Positions 39,701 to 53,541 of a stretch of DNA of 64,000 nucleotides are shown one piece after another. The translations under genes and the position numbers were made by a program. The notes beneath the pieces are model-generated. The model searched no databases. It had not been told where the DNA came from and worked only from the letters and a program-made list of their open reading frames with translations. How positions within the stretch are numbered: the stretch's first letter is position 1; the number at the start of each line of letters is the position of its first letter. The DNA is from Azolla caroliniana (Eukaryota > Plantae > Polypodiophyta): contig JBHGNT010000002.1 of the NCBI GenBank assembly GCA_043228905.1, positions 12,834,001 through 12,898,000 of the forward strand. Direction: 5' to 3'.

Positions 39701-42312
39701 GTGAAAGCCAAGTTTCCCCATCACACTTTCTAGAAATCTCCAGCATACCCTAACATATGCTTTCTCAAAATCTAGGAGCACCACAACTACCCTATTGTTG
39801 GTACACTTGGCAAGGGCTACTGCTTCCCAAAATGAGAAGAGGTTATCTAGGATGCTCCGATTTCTAACAAAACCTATCTGGGACGGATGAATGAGCTGAG
39901 GGAGAAGTGATTCTAAGCAGTGTGCCACGATTTTTGCGAGCAACTTATAGATAGTATTGAGGAGAGTTATGGGCCGCCACTTACTAATGTTATTGGCACT
40001 CCCACCACTTTTAGGAATGAGATGTATCATCCCCTATCCAAATTCCTCTTGCATGTTTCCAGAGGTGACGATCTCCTCATATGCCTGGAGAAGGTCTTCT
40101 TTAATAGTGTCCCAAAGGCATGTGAAAAGTGAGGGGTGAGGCCGTCGATTCCGTGGCAGCTATCTACATCCAAATCAGAGAGGGCCTCCCATATCTCGAT
40201 GATTGATAGGTGACGCACGAGCCACGTATTCATTTCCGTCGTGACTTTCTTAGGTATGCTCTAGAGGATAATATCTTCTCGTATGTCTTCCCCTGAGGCC
40301 ATATTATCTTCAGTAAGTAATCCCTTAAAATAACTTGTGGCAATATTCCTCATTTCGTCGCCATCCTCTGTGGTAGTTCCATCCGCTCGGTTGAGGCTGC
40401 GTATCATTGTTCTAGCATGCCTCGGTCCCTTGGATCGGAAGAATTCCTTCATGGTTTGGTCCCCTACTCGAATCTATAGAGCCATGCTTCCATGAAACTA
40501 CATGTCATAGATTGCCTTTTCTACCATGATGAGGTCATGTTTGGCCATGACAACCTATCCCGCGATCCAACTACATGCCGGGTATCACTGTTGGGGTCGT
40601 TGCAAGGCTATTAGTCCCCATTTTGTCCTCTATCGCTTTTCCTGAGCATACTTACTTCTAGTCTTGACAATCTCGTGCAGTAGAGTTGAAGCTCTTGATA
40701 ATTTAGCTAGAAGTTTGTTAGATGCTAATGAGGCATTGACGGGTAGTGACCATTGGTTGGCAAGTTGTTCCTTCACCTCTATAACTGTGTGGATAGTGGG
40801 TGGGATTCGAGGCTGGAATGAGCCCCGCAAGTGAAAGTGACCGATTACCGGGTAATGGTCAAAGAAAGTCGTGCTTGGAGTTATGCGACACCACCCTCCC
40901 TTCGCTTCTAGGGCCTTGCCTACATAAAGAGGGTCGATGCGAGATTGGGTGGGTTAACTATTTCTCCCATCTGATCAGGAGAATAAGAGAGAGTCCCTTT
41001 TTCGTTGGAAGTTGTCGGAATGCCATATATCTCGCAAGTTAAGGTGTACACATAAATTCTCCCATTGTTTACCCTTCCTTGTAGGACTTTGGGTTGTTGT
41101 TAGAGCTATCAGTGACACCTTCTAGTGCCACTCAAGGGAATTCAAACAACCAAATTCCCGAAAAATATCAAGAGTATCCTGATGTTTTCGACAAAGTCAA
41201 AGCTAGTGTGCTTCCAAAGCATCGGCTGTACGATTATCCCATTGTCCTCCAACTAGGAAAAGCGCCACCGTGGGGTCCGATCTACAATCTCTCACCAACT
41301 GAACTTGAGGTTGTTCGTGAATACATCGAGGAGAATCTTGCACATGGGTTTATTCTACATTCAAAGTCTCCAACTGGTGCTCCTATATTATTTATGAAGA
41401 AAAAGGACAGTTCGCTTCGTTTGGTCATGGACTATCGGGGATTAAATAAAGTCACCATAAGAAATAGGTATGCTCTACCTTTAATCTCTAGTCTTTTAGA
41501 GTGCATTGGTGGGGCAAAGAATTTTACAAAGATTGATTTAAGGGGTGCATATAATCTTGCTTGCATTCGACTAGGAGATGAGTGGAAACTGCATTTCGCA
41601 CTCGGTATGGTCATTTCGAGTATACAGTCATGCCTTTAGGGCTCACAAATGCACTCGCGGTTTTTCAACATATGGCAAATGACATTTTCTGAAATTTTCT
41701 GGATATCTTTCTCATCATTTATTTAGATGATCTGTTGATTTACTCTAAAGCACAAGAGGAGCATGATATACATGTCTAGAAAGTACTTGAATGCTTAAGA
41801 AAGTATGGTCTGTATGTCAAACTTGAGAAGTGCAATTTTGATAGCGAACAAGTCGAATTCTTCGGTTATACTATTTCATCCAAGGGTATCTTCATGGATC
41901 CAACAAAAGTCAAAACAGTATTGGAATGGCAACCCCCACATTTTGTTTGAGACATCCAATGTTTCCTCAGATTTGCTAACTTCTATGCAGATTTACATGG
42001 AATTATTCAAAGATCGTATTGCCTCTCACCCAACACACCCAAAAAAATCAAGCATTTGTTTGGACTATTGAAGCAGACACAACCTTTACTCAACTCAAAG
42101 CGACATTCACATCAGCTCCTATCTTAGCGCATAGTGATCCCGAAAAGCCATTTATCATTGAGGCAGATGCTTCACACTTTGCATTGGGGAGTATCCTATC
42201 ACAACCAGGCAAGGACGGGCAGTCCCATCCAGTCGCATTTCACTCAAGAAACGTTACTGCTACGGAGATAAACTAAGAGGTGCATGACAAGGAGTTACTA
42301 GTTGTTGTGGAC
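36767..42312 (+). mobile_element. Second Tcn1-like gypsy fragment (protease, RT, RNase H) split by a LINE
   Basis: LVDTGANSCF protease before 37260; resumes at 41107 with PPWGPIY, DYRGLNK, KIDLRGAYN and EADASHFALG. Confidence 0.88.
37261..41106 (-). mobile_element. 5'-truncated L1-like LINE with 17-bp TSD
   Basis: TSD TAT(T/C)AGTGACACCTTCT at 37244-37260 and 41107-41123; A-rich 3' tail; end of APE domain (SRID..DH), RT (WRPITLLN, LDFEKAY, GCPLAP, FVDD) and zf-RVT CVACPTVLESTRHALWDC. Confidence 0.93.
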
Positions 42313-42880
42313 TCTTTCGAGCAATGGTGACATTTCTTGGAAGGATCCCCTCATCAAATCATCATTTATAATTGAAAGAGTGATCATAGAAAGAAGAGAG
42401 AAAAAATATATATAGATCCTAAACCACAAAGATCTATTGGTAATGAATGATCATGATGGAAGGAAGAGAGAAAGAAGATACAACTACAAATATCTATTGA
42501 TAAGAACTCAAACAACACTACATGAATTGGAAAGAAATCACCACAAGAAAGAGACCCTTCACCACCACCTTACTCTTTTTGCTTTAAATGAAGTTCTCCT
42601 CTAGTAGATAAGTTTCCCTTGCTTTCTTTTCCATGCTATTTTTAGAACTTTTCCATCTGCTATTCTTAGCTATGACACAACAAACGTCTAATAGTCATAT
42701 CCCCCTCATCCGAGCTCCAAATGTACTGATTTAAAATACTACAGATAGCTGACTTCACAAACTTTCTAACCCATATTTGCACATTATATTTGGCTTCGAA
42801 ACGAAAGAGTTATAAGCGTTTGTTTCAGACTGTGGCTTGGTGGCCCACTTTTTTCTTCTTTTACTTTTCTCCATGTATCT

Positions 42881-43220
42881 GTCAGGAACAGCACTAAGAC
42901 AGAGAAGGAACTAGTACTAAAAGATGAGGATTAGTACTAAGGGAGGTCTAGAACTCTCGAGAGAAGGAGAGAGTGAGTGAATGAGTGAGTGAGAGAGAGA
43001 GAGTGAGTGAGTGAGAGTGAGTGAGAGAGTGATGATAACAAAAGCTATATATTATGTTAAGAGAATATACGATAGTAGCTAGGAGGCTTAAGACTAGCGT
43101 TGAACCGATTTGGTTCGAAATAATGCATTATGCCTCTTTTTATAGTGTTTTGAGGAGTACTCCTAAAGTGTCTAGAATGTTCCAGGGAAATCTAGAATAT
43201 ACATCAAGCGTTGTGTAACC
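42881..43220 (-). repeat. Probable LTR remnant (Tcn1-like type) with GAGT/GA microsatellite
   Basis: Begins TGTCAGG; TACTAAG, TTTATA and CTAGA motifs resemble LTR 31659-32150; right boundary uncertain. Confidence 0.45.
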
Positions 43221-43809
43221 AGTCGGTTGTAGCCGGTTTGGTCATCTCCATAGTTTAGAGTCCATATGTAAGTCCATATAGTTCGGAGTCCTCAGTGATT
43301 TGAAGCAAAATGAACTCTTTTTCCTGAACACGACCTTGAGTTGAATAGACAAAGGACCGGATATTCGACACCATGTTATCCAAGCCGATAACACTTTTGG
43401 CACGCCTGTTGGGACAGTGCATTGCACAATCGAACCCACTTGCCATTGCAAACTTTAGTTGACCAAAACTCCATCGCTCTTCTCGTTGGTCAGAAATCCC
43501 TCGACCGGAACACTGCTCCATGATCGATAACTTCGATCAGAGCTTGCTTGACAAGAACCTTCTCATTCAGCCAACACATCTCACAATTGGATCACACACC
43601 AAGTAACTCATCACGACGGCATGGATCATAAAATCACGTTGCGTGTATGTGTATTCTTCCTTTCCTTCATGTGAGTTGAATTTTTGTACCATAAGTTTTC
43701 GAAATATTGTTTTGTACCCCTTGGTTTTGGAAATTTACGTTTTACCCTCAAGTTTTTGAAATGATATATTTTGCCCTCCAATTTTTGAAATATTTATGGC
43801 TGCCCTTGA

Positions 43810-44400
43810 GCTTATGAAATTTTGTCGAATGCTAGAGTAGAAATTAGCCAGGTTGCCTGTTTGACGGGTCGAATCAATCTGATTTTCAAAAGTTTGTTGA
43901 TTCGGGTTCATTCGATATCTTCGTTATTGAACTGGCATGGCATGTGTCAAGAGATTTATTTGGTTCTGGTAGAATTTTTTATTCAATCCTTTCATATCCT
44001 CATGTGACCACCCGAATACATCCTTGTACTTCCATAGTAGTTCGATAATGGCTGTCTTTTTGGAAGTCGGCAAATCCTTTGAAATGGACAGTGGTCGTAG
44101 TTCCTCGGAGGTCCCAAAATTAATTTCTTCCAATGCCGAAGCCATGACTCGCCCGAAAATCTCTATTTCACGGTCAAACGCTTCTTGTGCTCGTCTGAGC
44201 TCCATGACCGCGGCCTTGTCCAGCTCCCACTCGTCCTCTTTGGCCGTCACAGGTTTGTATACGCGTCAGTTGTTTAGATGATGTCAATTTCGAATAATGG
44301 GAGGATTCCAAGGTTTTTTGCTAAATAGTTATGCACTTCTTCGTTGTCTAGACCTTTCAGCATGTGGATTTCCACCGCATATAGTGGCGTCAGTTCTTTT
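43810..44400 (-). mobile_element. Non-chromovirus (Tat/Athila-like) gypsy pol fragment upstream of RT
   Basis: LEEINFGTSEELRPLSISKDL...LLWKYKDVFGWSHEDMKGL...HAMPVQ. Confidence 0.7.
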
Positions 44401-44449
44401 GCTGTTGGTGCACATTCCTAAGTCGACAGCTAAATTTTTTCTCAGCCCA

Positions 44450-45965
44450 GGTGAAAGCTAAATGTTTTACACAAGCAGATGCCTAACACGTGGGATGGTT
44501 GGATGAATCAACTGCTTTTGGCTAATTCTCTCGTTCGGGATTCTATTGGAAATGTATTGGGGAAAACTTGACAATGGGCCAACAACATCAGTGGGATCCT
44601 GGATTCATTTTCAACAAATACCAGAAGTGGATCAACTTAAGCAGTTACACTCGATATATGGGGCGAAGACAATGACAATGGATATTTCAGCGGTCTTCTC
44701 ACATGCCTCAACGCGACTTCCCCCAATGCAAGAGCATATGTGGTTTGCTTGCCTTACAAATGGCATGATGCTCTTTGTTAAAGGAATTTCTACAGTTGGG
44801 TGTATGTTTTATTTCCATATTCAACAGGATAATAAATTGCAGCCTTATACACCCTCAAATAATTTACTACTAAACCTACTCGCTATTCCAGTTAGGGTGA
44901 TTGCCAAAACTGGTAAGACATGGCTCTTCGATCCACAACTGTCAATATCTCATTTGTGGGATGTTCTTTGGTTATATGCATGACAACCAAAAAATAGGCT
45001 GATGTGGGACCCAGGGGGATAGTTCTGGACTAGTCCCATGATGGATCCAATGCAGAAAGTTCCGTGCAGAATGTTCCGTTCTTTCAGTATGCTATAAAAT
45101 TTGGTAGAACCTTACTCATGTGTAAGAATATTCCAACTCCTACGGCTCCAAAGCATTGGCGTAAGTGGGGTATTTCAAGCAATCATTTAAAGGCTTATTG
45201 GAAATGGATTTGGTCTTTTATGGGACCAACAAGATACATTCTCTTCAGATGGCTTTTACTACATGTAGCACTATTAGTAGGTCAGTCATTGAAAGGAAAT
45301 ATGGCAACCGTTCTTAGTCAATGTAGTTATTGCGGTGACTCGCAGGAAACTAACAAGCATGCTCTCTAGTCCTGTTCACTAGCCCAGTAGGTATGGAATA
45401 AAGTTCTTTGTTTATTCCTGACAATTAATGCAAGTTGCCTCTTCTCTTAGGGATCAACGGTATGGGGGTTATCCATTCTAGTATCTTATTGTATGAGGCA
45501 GATGATGCTCTAGAGGCTAAGACAGGCATCTAATATTTGTCTCCTTTTTTCAGCAACCTCGAAAGCAAATGCGTGCAGTGAAGCCCACGTATGGAAAACA
45601 ATATCTACAATTACATTATGGAACTTATGGAAGTATTGTTGTAAAAGAAGATATGATTCCATAATTCCCCTTCTCTCAAATATATTGCCAGAATTATGGG
45701 AGAGCTTATTGGTGGTAGTGCGTGGGCAATATGACAATATGTCAACCTCTTCAGAGGTTGTTCTTAAGAAAAGGAAAACAATACTGTAGTTATGGAGGAA
45801 GTTGCCTCTATTCACGGTCTCCTCTCAAGGACCAATCTGGAAATATCATCAAGTCTGGCCCTTGCCCTGATCATCCTTTTGTATATAACACTCTCTAGTT
45901 GTACATTTTGTAGCCTTTTGGCATTTTTTCTTAATACTAATGAAGGAAATCTTTTTGGAAAAAAA
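44450..45965 (+). mobile_element. 3' portion of an L1-like LINE (zf-RVT, A-rich end)
   Basis: YWKWIWSFMGPTRYILFRWLL...CSYCGDSQETNKHAL; homologous to 14234-15160; boundaries approximate. Confidence 0.85.
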
Positions 45966-46396
45966 GAAGTGTGGAAGCTAAGACAAAGCCGGCTAGTCTA
46001 GATAACAGCAGAACATAAAAAGAAGGTTTAATGGAGATCTTGAATACACGGGAGAGACAGAGGGAGTAGAACAATAAACTCAATTCAGAATAATAACACT
46101 CTGTACATACAAGATGTCTAACAAAACACTTTTTATACAAGTCCTTAAAAGGACTGACAGAAGTATTGACATGTACTTCAATGTTCATAGGAGTGACTGA
46201 CACTAACTCCAAGGAATATGCCTACGTATTAGGCTCAAACTGTAGGCTCGAACCGTAGGCTCCAACGGCCTACCAGTTCTCACTATTCTGTAGTACAATT
46301 CGGTTCTCTAGTCCAGCTCTAGGTTTCGGATACCGATATATCCGGACACTGATCCAGGTGCCTATTTGGTTCTCCGTTCCGCATACCGATCCAACC
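45966..46396 (-). repeat. Copia-type LTR remnant related to LTRs 36342-36766 and 46897-47335
   Basis: Shares GTGTGGAAGC, GAAGGTTTAATGGA, CTCTGTACATA, CACTTTTTATACAAGTCC and CACTAACTCC blocks with 36356-36614. Confidence 0.7.
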
Positions 46397-46459
46397 CTTG
46401 TTGGTCGAATCAAATTTGTATTATGTTTTCTTTTCTTTTCTTTCTTCTTTCTACTGTGA

Positions 46460-46896
46460 TATGATTTTAATTATTATTGTGCATCGGGCCGAGTGTGTTT
46501 GCACTAATCGCACACACTCAACTTATGGCCCTTCTGTATATTGCGATGTATCTCCTATGCTCCCCTCTCTTGAGCCTTCTCTTACGATATTAATTATTGT
46601 TGTGCATTGGGTCAAGCGTGTTTGCCCTAATCGCACACGCTCACCTCATGGCCCTTTTGCATATGATGTTGAGTATGCCACTCTTCCCTCTATTGAGCCA
46701 TCACTTGGTTGATTCTATGGGATGTTGTGGCCATGACGAGGTGTATGTCGCCTACCTATGCCACTCTACTCTCTATTGAGCCATCACTTGGCCGATTCTA
46801 TGGGATGTTGTGGCCTTGACGAGGTATATTTTGCTTACCTATGTCACTTTACTCTTTATTGAGCCATCACTTGGCCGATTCTATGGAGATGTGGTG
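46460..46896. repeat. Two ~122-bp hairpin repeats followed by about 3 copies of an 83-bp repeat
   Basis: TGTGCATCGGG and TGTGCATTGGG at 46479 and 46601; TATTGAGCCATCACTTGG at 46691, 46774 and 46857. Confidence 0.8.
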
Positions 46897-49800
46897 TGTT
46901 GAGAGACAAGCTCAACATTAATGCGTAATACGATGCGTAAACCAGTGTGTAGATTGGGTGCGTAAATCGGTACGCATAACATGGCAGTATCAGTGTGAAA
47001 ACCGCGACGCCGTTGGGAAGATATTCCTCGTAAGGAATAATTTTGGGAGTTAGTGTAGTAGGCTCATTTATGAGCGGTCAAGTACTATCAGTACTTGTGT
47101 CAGCCCTATTGTCACGGCTTGTATAAAAGGTGCTCACTGAGCACAGTGTATGTACAGATTGAGTATTACTTTGAATTGAATCTCTGTGTGTCTTCTCTCT
47201 CTCTCACTCTGTCTTTCTCTCTCTCTCTCACTCTCTCTCTCTCTCTCCCGCGTACTGTGTATATTCTAAGCTCTCCATTAAACCTGTGTTTCTGTGTTCG
47301 GTTTTCTATTGCTTCCGCACGCTATTTTTTTTACATGGTATTAGAGCGAGGTTGAGAACCTCTATAGCCGACATAGCTTGAAAAGAAAACCAACAAAGAA
47401 GAACAGGAAAAACAAAATGGATAGAGACATGGCTAGCTCGCTTCCTACCGAGAAGCTCGATAGAAAAAACTACGCGTCTTAGTCCTACAAGATGCACCAG
47501 TACCTGCTCGGGCACAGTTATTGGAGCTATGTCGACGGAGCAAATGACCTAGCACCCGAATCGACAGACAAAGGTTTCTCAGTGTGGGAACAGTTGGTGA
47601 GCAAAGTATTGTACTACTTCATGTCTTGTGTGGGCGAACAGCTTCTGAGCTATATTCGGGATGCGAAAATGCCAAAGGATGCTTGGGGAAATCTGAAGAA
47701 GGATTTCACCACAAGCACCACAGCCAGGAAGTTTCAAGTCCGACAGGAGCTGAGCAACTTACGACAACGCGACTTGTCGGTGGCTGATTAGAGCTCGAAG
47801 ATCAAAAAGATATGCGACTCAGCCTCCATCGATGTGAACATCGAGGAAGGCAAGATGGTGCAGATCTGTCTTGGGGGACTGGCATCGAAGTTCGGAGCAA
47901 TCCGAACTGATGTGTGTACATAGGAGAATACGTCGTCGTTTTTCGACTTACAGTCGATGCTCCTTATAGAGGAGAACCACGTGGGTGCATCGACGAGCAC
48001 GCATGTCGACAACAAGATGTTGTACACGGAGGGAGATAAGCCCCGTGGTCGTGGCGGACGAGGCGAGTCGGTGCGCAATGGAGGCGGCCGACGGGATCAA
48101 GGAAGAAGGTACCGAAGTGATGCCGACAACAATTCTAGACCCTCCAAAAATAGGGGGAGTCAAGGCGATGAGAACCAGCAAGGGAAATCCGCCACGAAAT
48201 GTTGGTATTGTGGTAAGAAAGGCCACAGGGAGAGTGAGTGCTGGAAAAACGCGCCGATTCGGAGAGAACCGGGCCCGGATCAGGTTCCAAACAGACCGAC
48301 AAAGGAAATCGGCAGCAATCGCACTACGCTGAAGGATCCAGAAAAGGATCAGCCTTCGTGATGAAGAAGATCACCCCAAAGTCGGACGAGGTGTGGTACG
48401 TCAACTCCGGCGCGTCAAACCACATGACGTGCCACAAGGAGTGGTTCTCGTACCTAGAAAAACCGATGCAACCGGGAGTAGTTGCAACTGGAGACGACAC
48501 TCTACATCCGATCGTGAATGTCGGTGAAGTTCCCCTGAGCCATGTCGGGCAGAAAGGGAAACTCATGAACGTGTTACACGTCCCAACTATCACGAAGAAC
48601 CTGGTGTCAGTCGGTCAGATCGTCGACCAAGGGATGCAAATCCGGTTCATGCATCTCGGGTGCTTCATCGAAGAAGAAGGTCGAGTTATTGCGCAAGGGC
48701 ACAAAGACGGGAGGATGTTTATCCTCGACTCTAGTGACGATGGCACCGCAATGTTCATGAAAGGACTTTTTCGCGAAAGGACAAAAAGTCGAGTTGGATA
48801 TCAACTTATGGCACAAGCGGATAGGCCATGTTAACTATCAATGGCTTCAGGACCTGTAATCAAAACAGGTGGTGTTCGGATTGCCCAAATTTAGTGGCCG
48901 GAGGGCGCAAATTTGTGAAGCCTGCCAGCTAGGGAAGCATCACCGACTTCCTTTCCCTAACGAGCGTAACCGGAGCCGGAACAAGCTTGACTTGATACAT
49001 TTCAATGTATGGGGGCCGACACAGAATGTTAGTCTTGGCTGGAGTCGATATTTCGTCTCCTTCATCGACAACTATAAGCGACACTCGTGGATCTACCTCA
49101 TTGAGAAGAAGAGTGAAGTCTTCGATTGTTTCCAGGACCTCAAGAGTTTCGTCGAAAGAGAAACAGGAAGAAGGATCAAGTGCCTCTGGTCGGATGGCGG
49201 AAAAGAGTACTTCTCTGGTTAATTCAATGGGTATCTACAACAGATGGGAATTCGACGAGAATTCAGTTGCAAATATATGCCAGAGAAAAACTGCGTGGCC
49301 GAAAGGAAAAATCGGTCGATTGTGGAAGCGGTGCGGGCAATGCTGGAGGAGAAGAGCTTGCCCAAGTTCTATTGGCCCGAGGTGGTACAAACCGTGGTAT
49401 ACATCCAGAATCGGATCCGAGACAAAGTGTCGGCGCATGAGCAGTATTTCGGAAGGAACCCGAATCTACGACACTTGAGAGTTTTCGGTAGCATTGCGTA
49501 TGTGCATGTGCCGAAGGAGAGATGGAGGAAGTTGGATATGCAAGCCGAGAAGTGTATCTTGGTTGGCTATTTGGACAAGCAGAAGGGTTATAAGTGTCAT
49601 AACCCTTGCACCAAACAAGCACGCGTGAGCCGTGACGTTGTGTTTGACGAGTCCACGTCCCGGTACTTACCTCCGACTCCGGACCTCACCTCCAATCTGA
49701 GTTCTGACGATGAGGTCAGCGAGGCCAAGATGCCTCCGGATGAGCCTGAAATCGGGACCTGCGAAGAGAGTCTGATTTCGTTTCGGTTAAGCGGACCGAA

Positions 49801-52633
49801 TGGATAGTTGAGTCGGTTAGACCAGTCTGATGAAGAGCCAATGAGTAGTGGAGACTCGGCCGTGCATTCCCCGCGCAGGAAGCCGAGGAGACGGCTTACG
49901 CGCAAGGAAAAAGGGAAGAAGAAGGTATCAGATTACGACACGGATAAGAACGAGTCGGATCGACGCGAGTCCGATTCTGAGGGAAGTGATGACGGGTCTT
50001 CGAGAGCAAAGTTTGCGTCGGCCAAGAAATCCTCAACTTCGGCTAATGAGCAATTACGCCAATGTACCCACCAGAAGAACCCTGTTGTGCGGTTCGGTAA
50101 CAACGAGTACATGGCGCATCACTATGCCTACATGACTCGTGTAGCGGAAGTGCGTGAGCCAGACAGCTATACAGAAGCGGTGAAGGACGCGAATTGGCGT
50201 GCCACAATGAAGGAAGAGATGCATGCATTGGCGGAGAATGAAACCTGGGACCTGGTTGTTGCACCGACAGGTGTGAAGCCGATCGGATGTAGGTGGGTGT
50301 ACAAGGTCAAGTACAACACTGACGGCTCAGTCAACCAATACAAGGCCCGGTTAGTAGCGAAAGGCTACGCACAGAAACACGGCATCGACTACGATGAGAC
50401 GTTTGCGCCGGTCACGAAGATGAAGACCGTCCATGTTTTGCTCGGGGTAGCTGCGGAAAAGGGGTGGCACTTACATCAGATGGATGTAAAGAATGCGTTC
50501 CTACAAGGTAAGCTTGAGGAATAGGTGTACATGGTACAACCCCCCGGATTTCACTTCGGAACGAATACTTCGGCAGTGTGCCGATTGAAGAAGTCCCCTT
50601 ACAGACTAAACCAAGCCCCGCGTGCCTGGAACGCGAAGATCACGCAACGATTGCGTCGGATGGGCTTTGCGACGTCAAAATCAGACTCCTCACTGTTCAT
50701 CCGGAAAGGTTGACTCGGGCCGGTTAGCATTTTACTTTATGTTGATGACTTGGTCATCACTGGCGCCGACTTAGGTGAGATTGACCGCGTGAAGCTCCAG
50801 CTTGCGGCATCATTCGACATGAAGGATCTGGGGGACCTTCATTACTTCCTCAGGATCGAAGTGATCCACACCCCCGAAGGCATACTGATCAGCCAACAAC
50901 ATTACGTGCTGAGTATGCTCTTCAAATTCGTGATGGCCGACTTTAAGTCCTTCTCGACTCCTCTGGATAGAACCGTCAAGCTTCACCCCGATTCCGGAAA
51001 GGTATGCGACCTGATGAGGTTCCGATAGATAGTCGGAAGCCTTATATACTTGACCATCACCCGACCAGATCTCAGCTACCCGGTCAGGGTGATTAGTCAG
51101 TTCATGGCGCGACCGACCGAGGGCACCTTTAGTGTGCACAACGCGTACTCCGGTACGTCAGTGGCACTAAGGACCGGGGGCTACTATATCGGACCGATAC
51201 TTCCGCATAGTTGATTGGTTACACCGACGTTGATTGGGCTGGAAACACTGGCGATCGCCGATCCACGTCCGGTTTCACGTTCTCTCTTGGGAGTGCCGCG
51301 ATCAGGTGGAGTAGCAAGAAGAAGCCGACAGTTGCTTTGTCGAGCACCGAAACTGAGTATAGAGGAGTGGCTATGGTGACATGCGAAGCCATATGGTTGA
51401 AGCGGCTACTTAAGGATCTGCAGGTGGAGGTATCTGATCCAAGGACAATCTACTGTGACAACCTCAGCAACATCCAACTAGCGAAGAACCCCGTCTTCCA
51501 AGCCCGGACTAAGCACATTGAGGTGCACTACCATTTCTTCTATGAGCATGTCCTCTCCGGTGAAGTTGAACTTCAGTATGTTCCGACGGATCGGCAGAAT
51601 GCCGACATCTTCACCAAGCCTCTTGGTCTGGACAAGTTGCGACAATTCTCGGGTGCGCTTGGGTTGCGTCACCTCAACGTGCTAAACTTGAGGGGGAGAG
51701 ATGTCCCAGATGATGTCCACATCCCAGATGATCACGGAAGGGAGCAAGAAAGGAACGGAAAAGACCGTGACGTCAAGTCGGATGACGAATTCGATTTCGG
51801 ATTGGCTGAAGAAGCCGAGGGCGGATCCGCGGAAGAGTCCTAAAGCGGACATAAGGGGACTAACCGGAAGAAAGAGCCAAAGCCAGTCAAGCATGGGGGA
51901 GATAAAGCCATCAAGGGGGAGAATACCGAAGACAAGTTGGAGACAACCAACTCAGAGAAAAACGAAAATCGATGGAAGGAAGCCGAATCAGTTCGGATGT
52001 TTGATTCGGATACGCTGAATCAACTGAGGGCCAAGCGGAAGTGAAGGCAGCAGAAGAGGCGCCAACACCGCAACAACAAGGAAGTTGAGAAGGGGCCGTC
52101 TATGCAGACGAGCTGACCGAAAGGGTCGAGGTGCGTGAAGTCGCAGAGCGTGAGCAAGGCGTGAAGCCAAAAGGAACTGGAGCGTAGATCCGATGGAGCA
52201 AGTGGAACTTCAAGTTGAGCTTGAGGGGGAGAGTTGAGAGACAAGCTCAACATTAGTGCGTAATACGATGCGTAACCCAGTGCGTAGACTCGGTGCGTAA
52301 ATCGGTACGCATAACATGGCAATATCGGTGTGAAAACCACAAGGCCGTTGCGAAGATATTCCTCGTAAGGAATAATTTTGGGAGTTAGTGTAGTAGGCTC
52401 ATTTATGAGCGGTCAAGTACTATCATTACTTGTGTCAGCCCTATTGTCACGACTTGTATAAAAGGTGCTCATTCAGCACGGTGTGTGTACAGATTGAGTA
52501 TTACTTTGAATTGAATCTTGTGTGTCTTCTCTCTCTCTGTCTCTCCCGCGTACTGTGTATATTCTAAGCTCTCCATTAAACCTATGTTTCTGTGTTCGGT
52601 TTTCTATTGCTTCCACACGCTATTCTTTTTACA
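46897..52633 (+). mobile_element. Full-length degenerate Ty1/copia element
   Basis: LTRs 46897-47335 and 52232-52633 (length differs mainly by a CT microsatellite); TSD TGGTG 46892-46896 and 52634-52638; PBS TGGTATTAGAGC; PPT GAGGGGGAG; gag, PR, INT, RT and RH with many stops. Confidence 0.96.
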
Positions 52634-53378
52634 TGGTGGTCTTGAGGAGGTGCATGTCGACTACTCTAGGGTTTCGTACCTTAAGACATGCTTAATGTTC
52701 CATACACCTAATTGCTTATTATTCTAATTAATTTCTAATTCCACAAATTGTCATTTCACTTATATGATTATCTCGTAATTATTGTTTACTCGCCCACAAT
52801 TAACTCTCCTTTTTCCCCTTCCTTTTCGTGTATAAAGTATTTACGTGCGTTTACCTATGATGTAACGCTTCCGTGTAGACTATTTTTTTCGTATGGAGTG
52901 GGCATCATGCCGTTTTTTTGAACGATTTTTTCCAATGGATCATGTACGTTTAACTCATATTATCGAGCCTTAGAACTCGAGTAAAACCACATGAGTTCCT
53001 CTATTGATGTTTCTTCATGGATTTGAGTACCACATCTTTGCGTAACAATATGTGGCTTATGTCACAATTGTGCAAATTACAACCATCATATTAGGATGTA
53101 TATGTGCATACCTCGCACCTCCCATTTATTTGTGACATTATATTTTTAGTACGTAGCACATGGGTTTTTTTACCCTTGTTTTCGTCACTACTAGCCTCTA
53201 ATGGGTAATGCCTTATTTTATCATTTTTATTATCACATTTGCTTGTTACTCGCAAGACTAGAATATTACTTCCGAGTGAACTTGTTTTTTTCACATAATA
53301 CATTTTCTCGACCATATCAATACATGCTGGGTTGGCATTAATATAAGGCTAACTAGGAAATTAGATTGATGTTGGAAC

Positions 53379-53541
53379 CATGGTTGAGCCTCAGGGAGCC
53401 GCCATGATTACTCAAAATAGAGATCCGAGAAAGACATCTTAGCTATGTTTGCCCCCATGGTTTTTAAAACACCGTAGTGTTACCATAGTTATCGGATCTC
53501 GAATCACATCTCATATGTCTAGAGGGGTAAAGACGTGAGAT
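53379..53541 (+). ncRNA. Conserved structured RNA element in the chromovirus 5' leader (copy B)
   Basis: Homologous to 6299-6458(-); about 102 nt upstream of gag ATG 53643. Confidence 0.6.

Noticed and set aside
42313-42880. Possible LTR of a Tat/Athila-like element interrupting the Tcn1 RNase H
   Set aside because: Starts with TG at the break, but no partner LTR or TSD is visible
46691-46896. Common origin of this 83-bp repeat and the 83-bp repeat at 55313-56050
   Set aside because: They share only TGCCACTCTAC and GCCATYACT and lie in unrelated elements; probably coincidence without a formal alignment test
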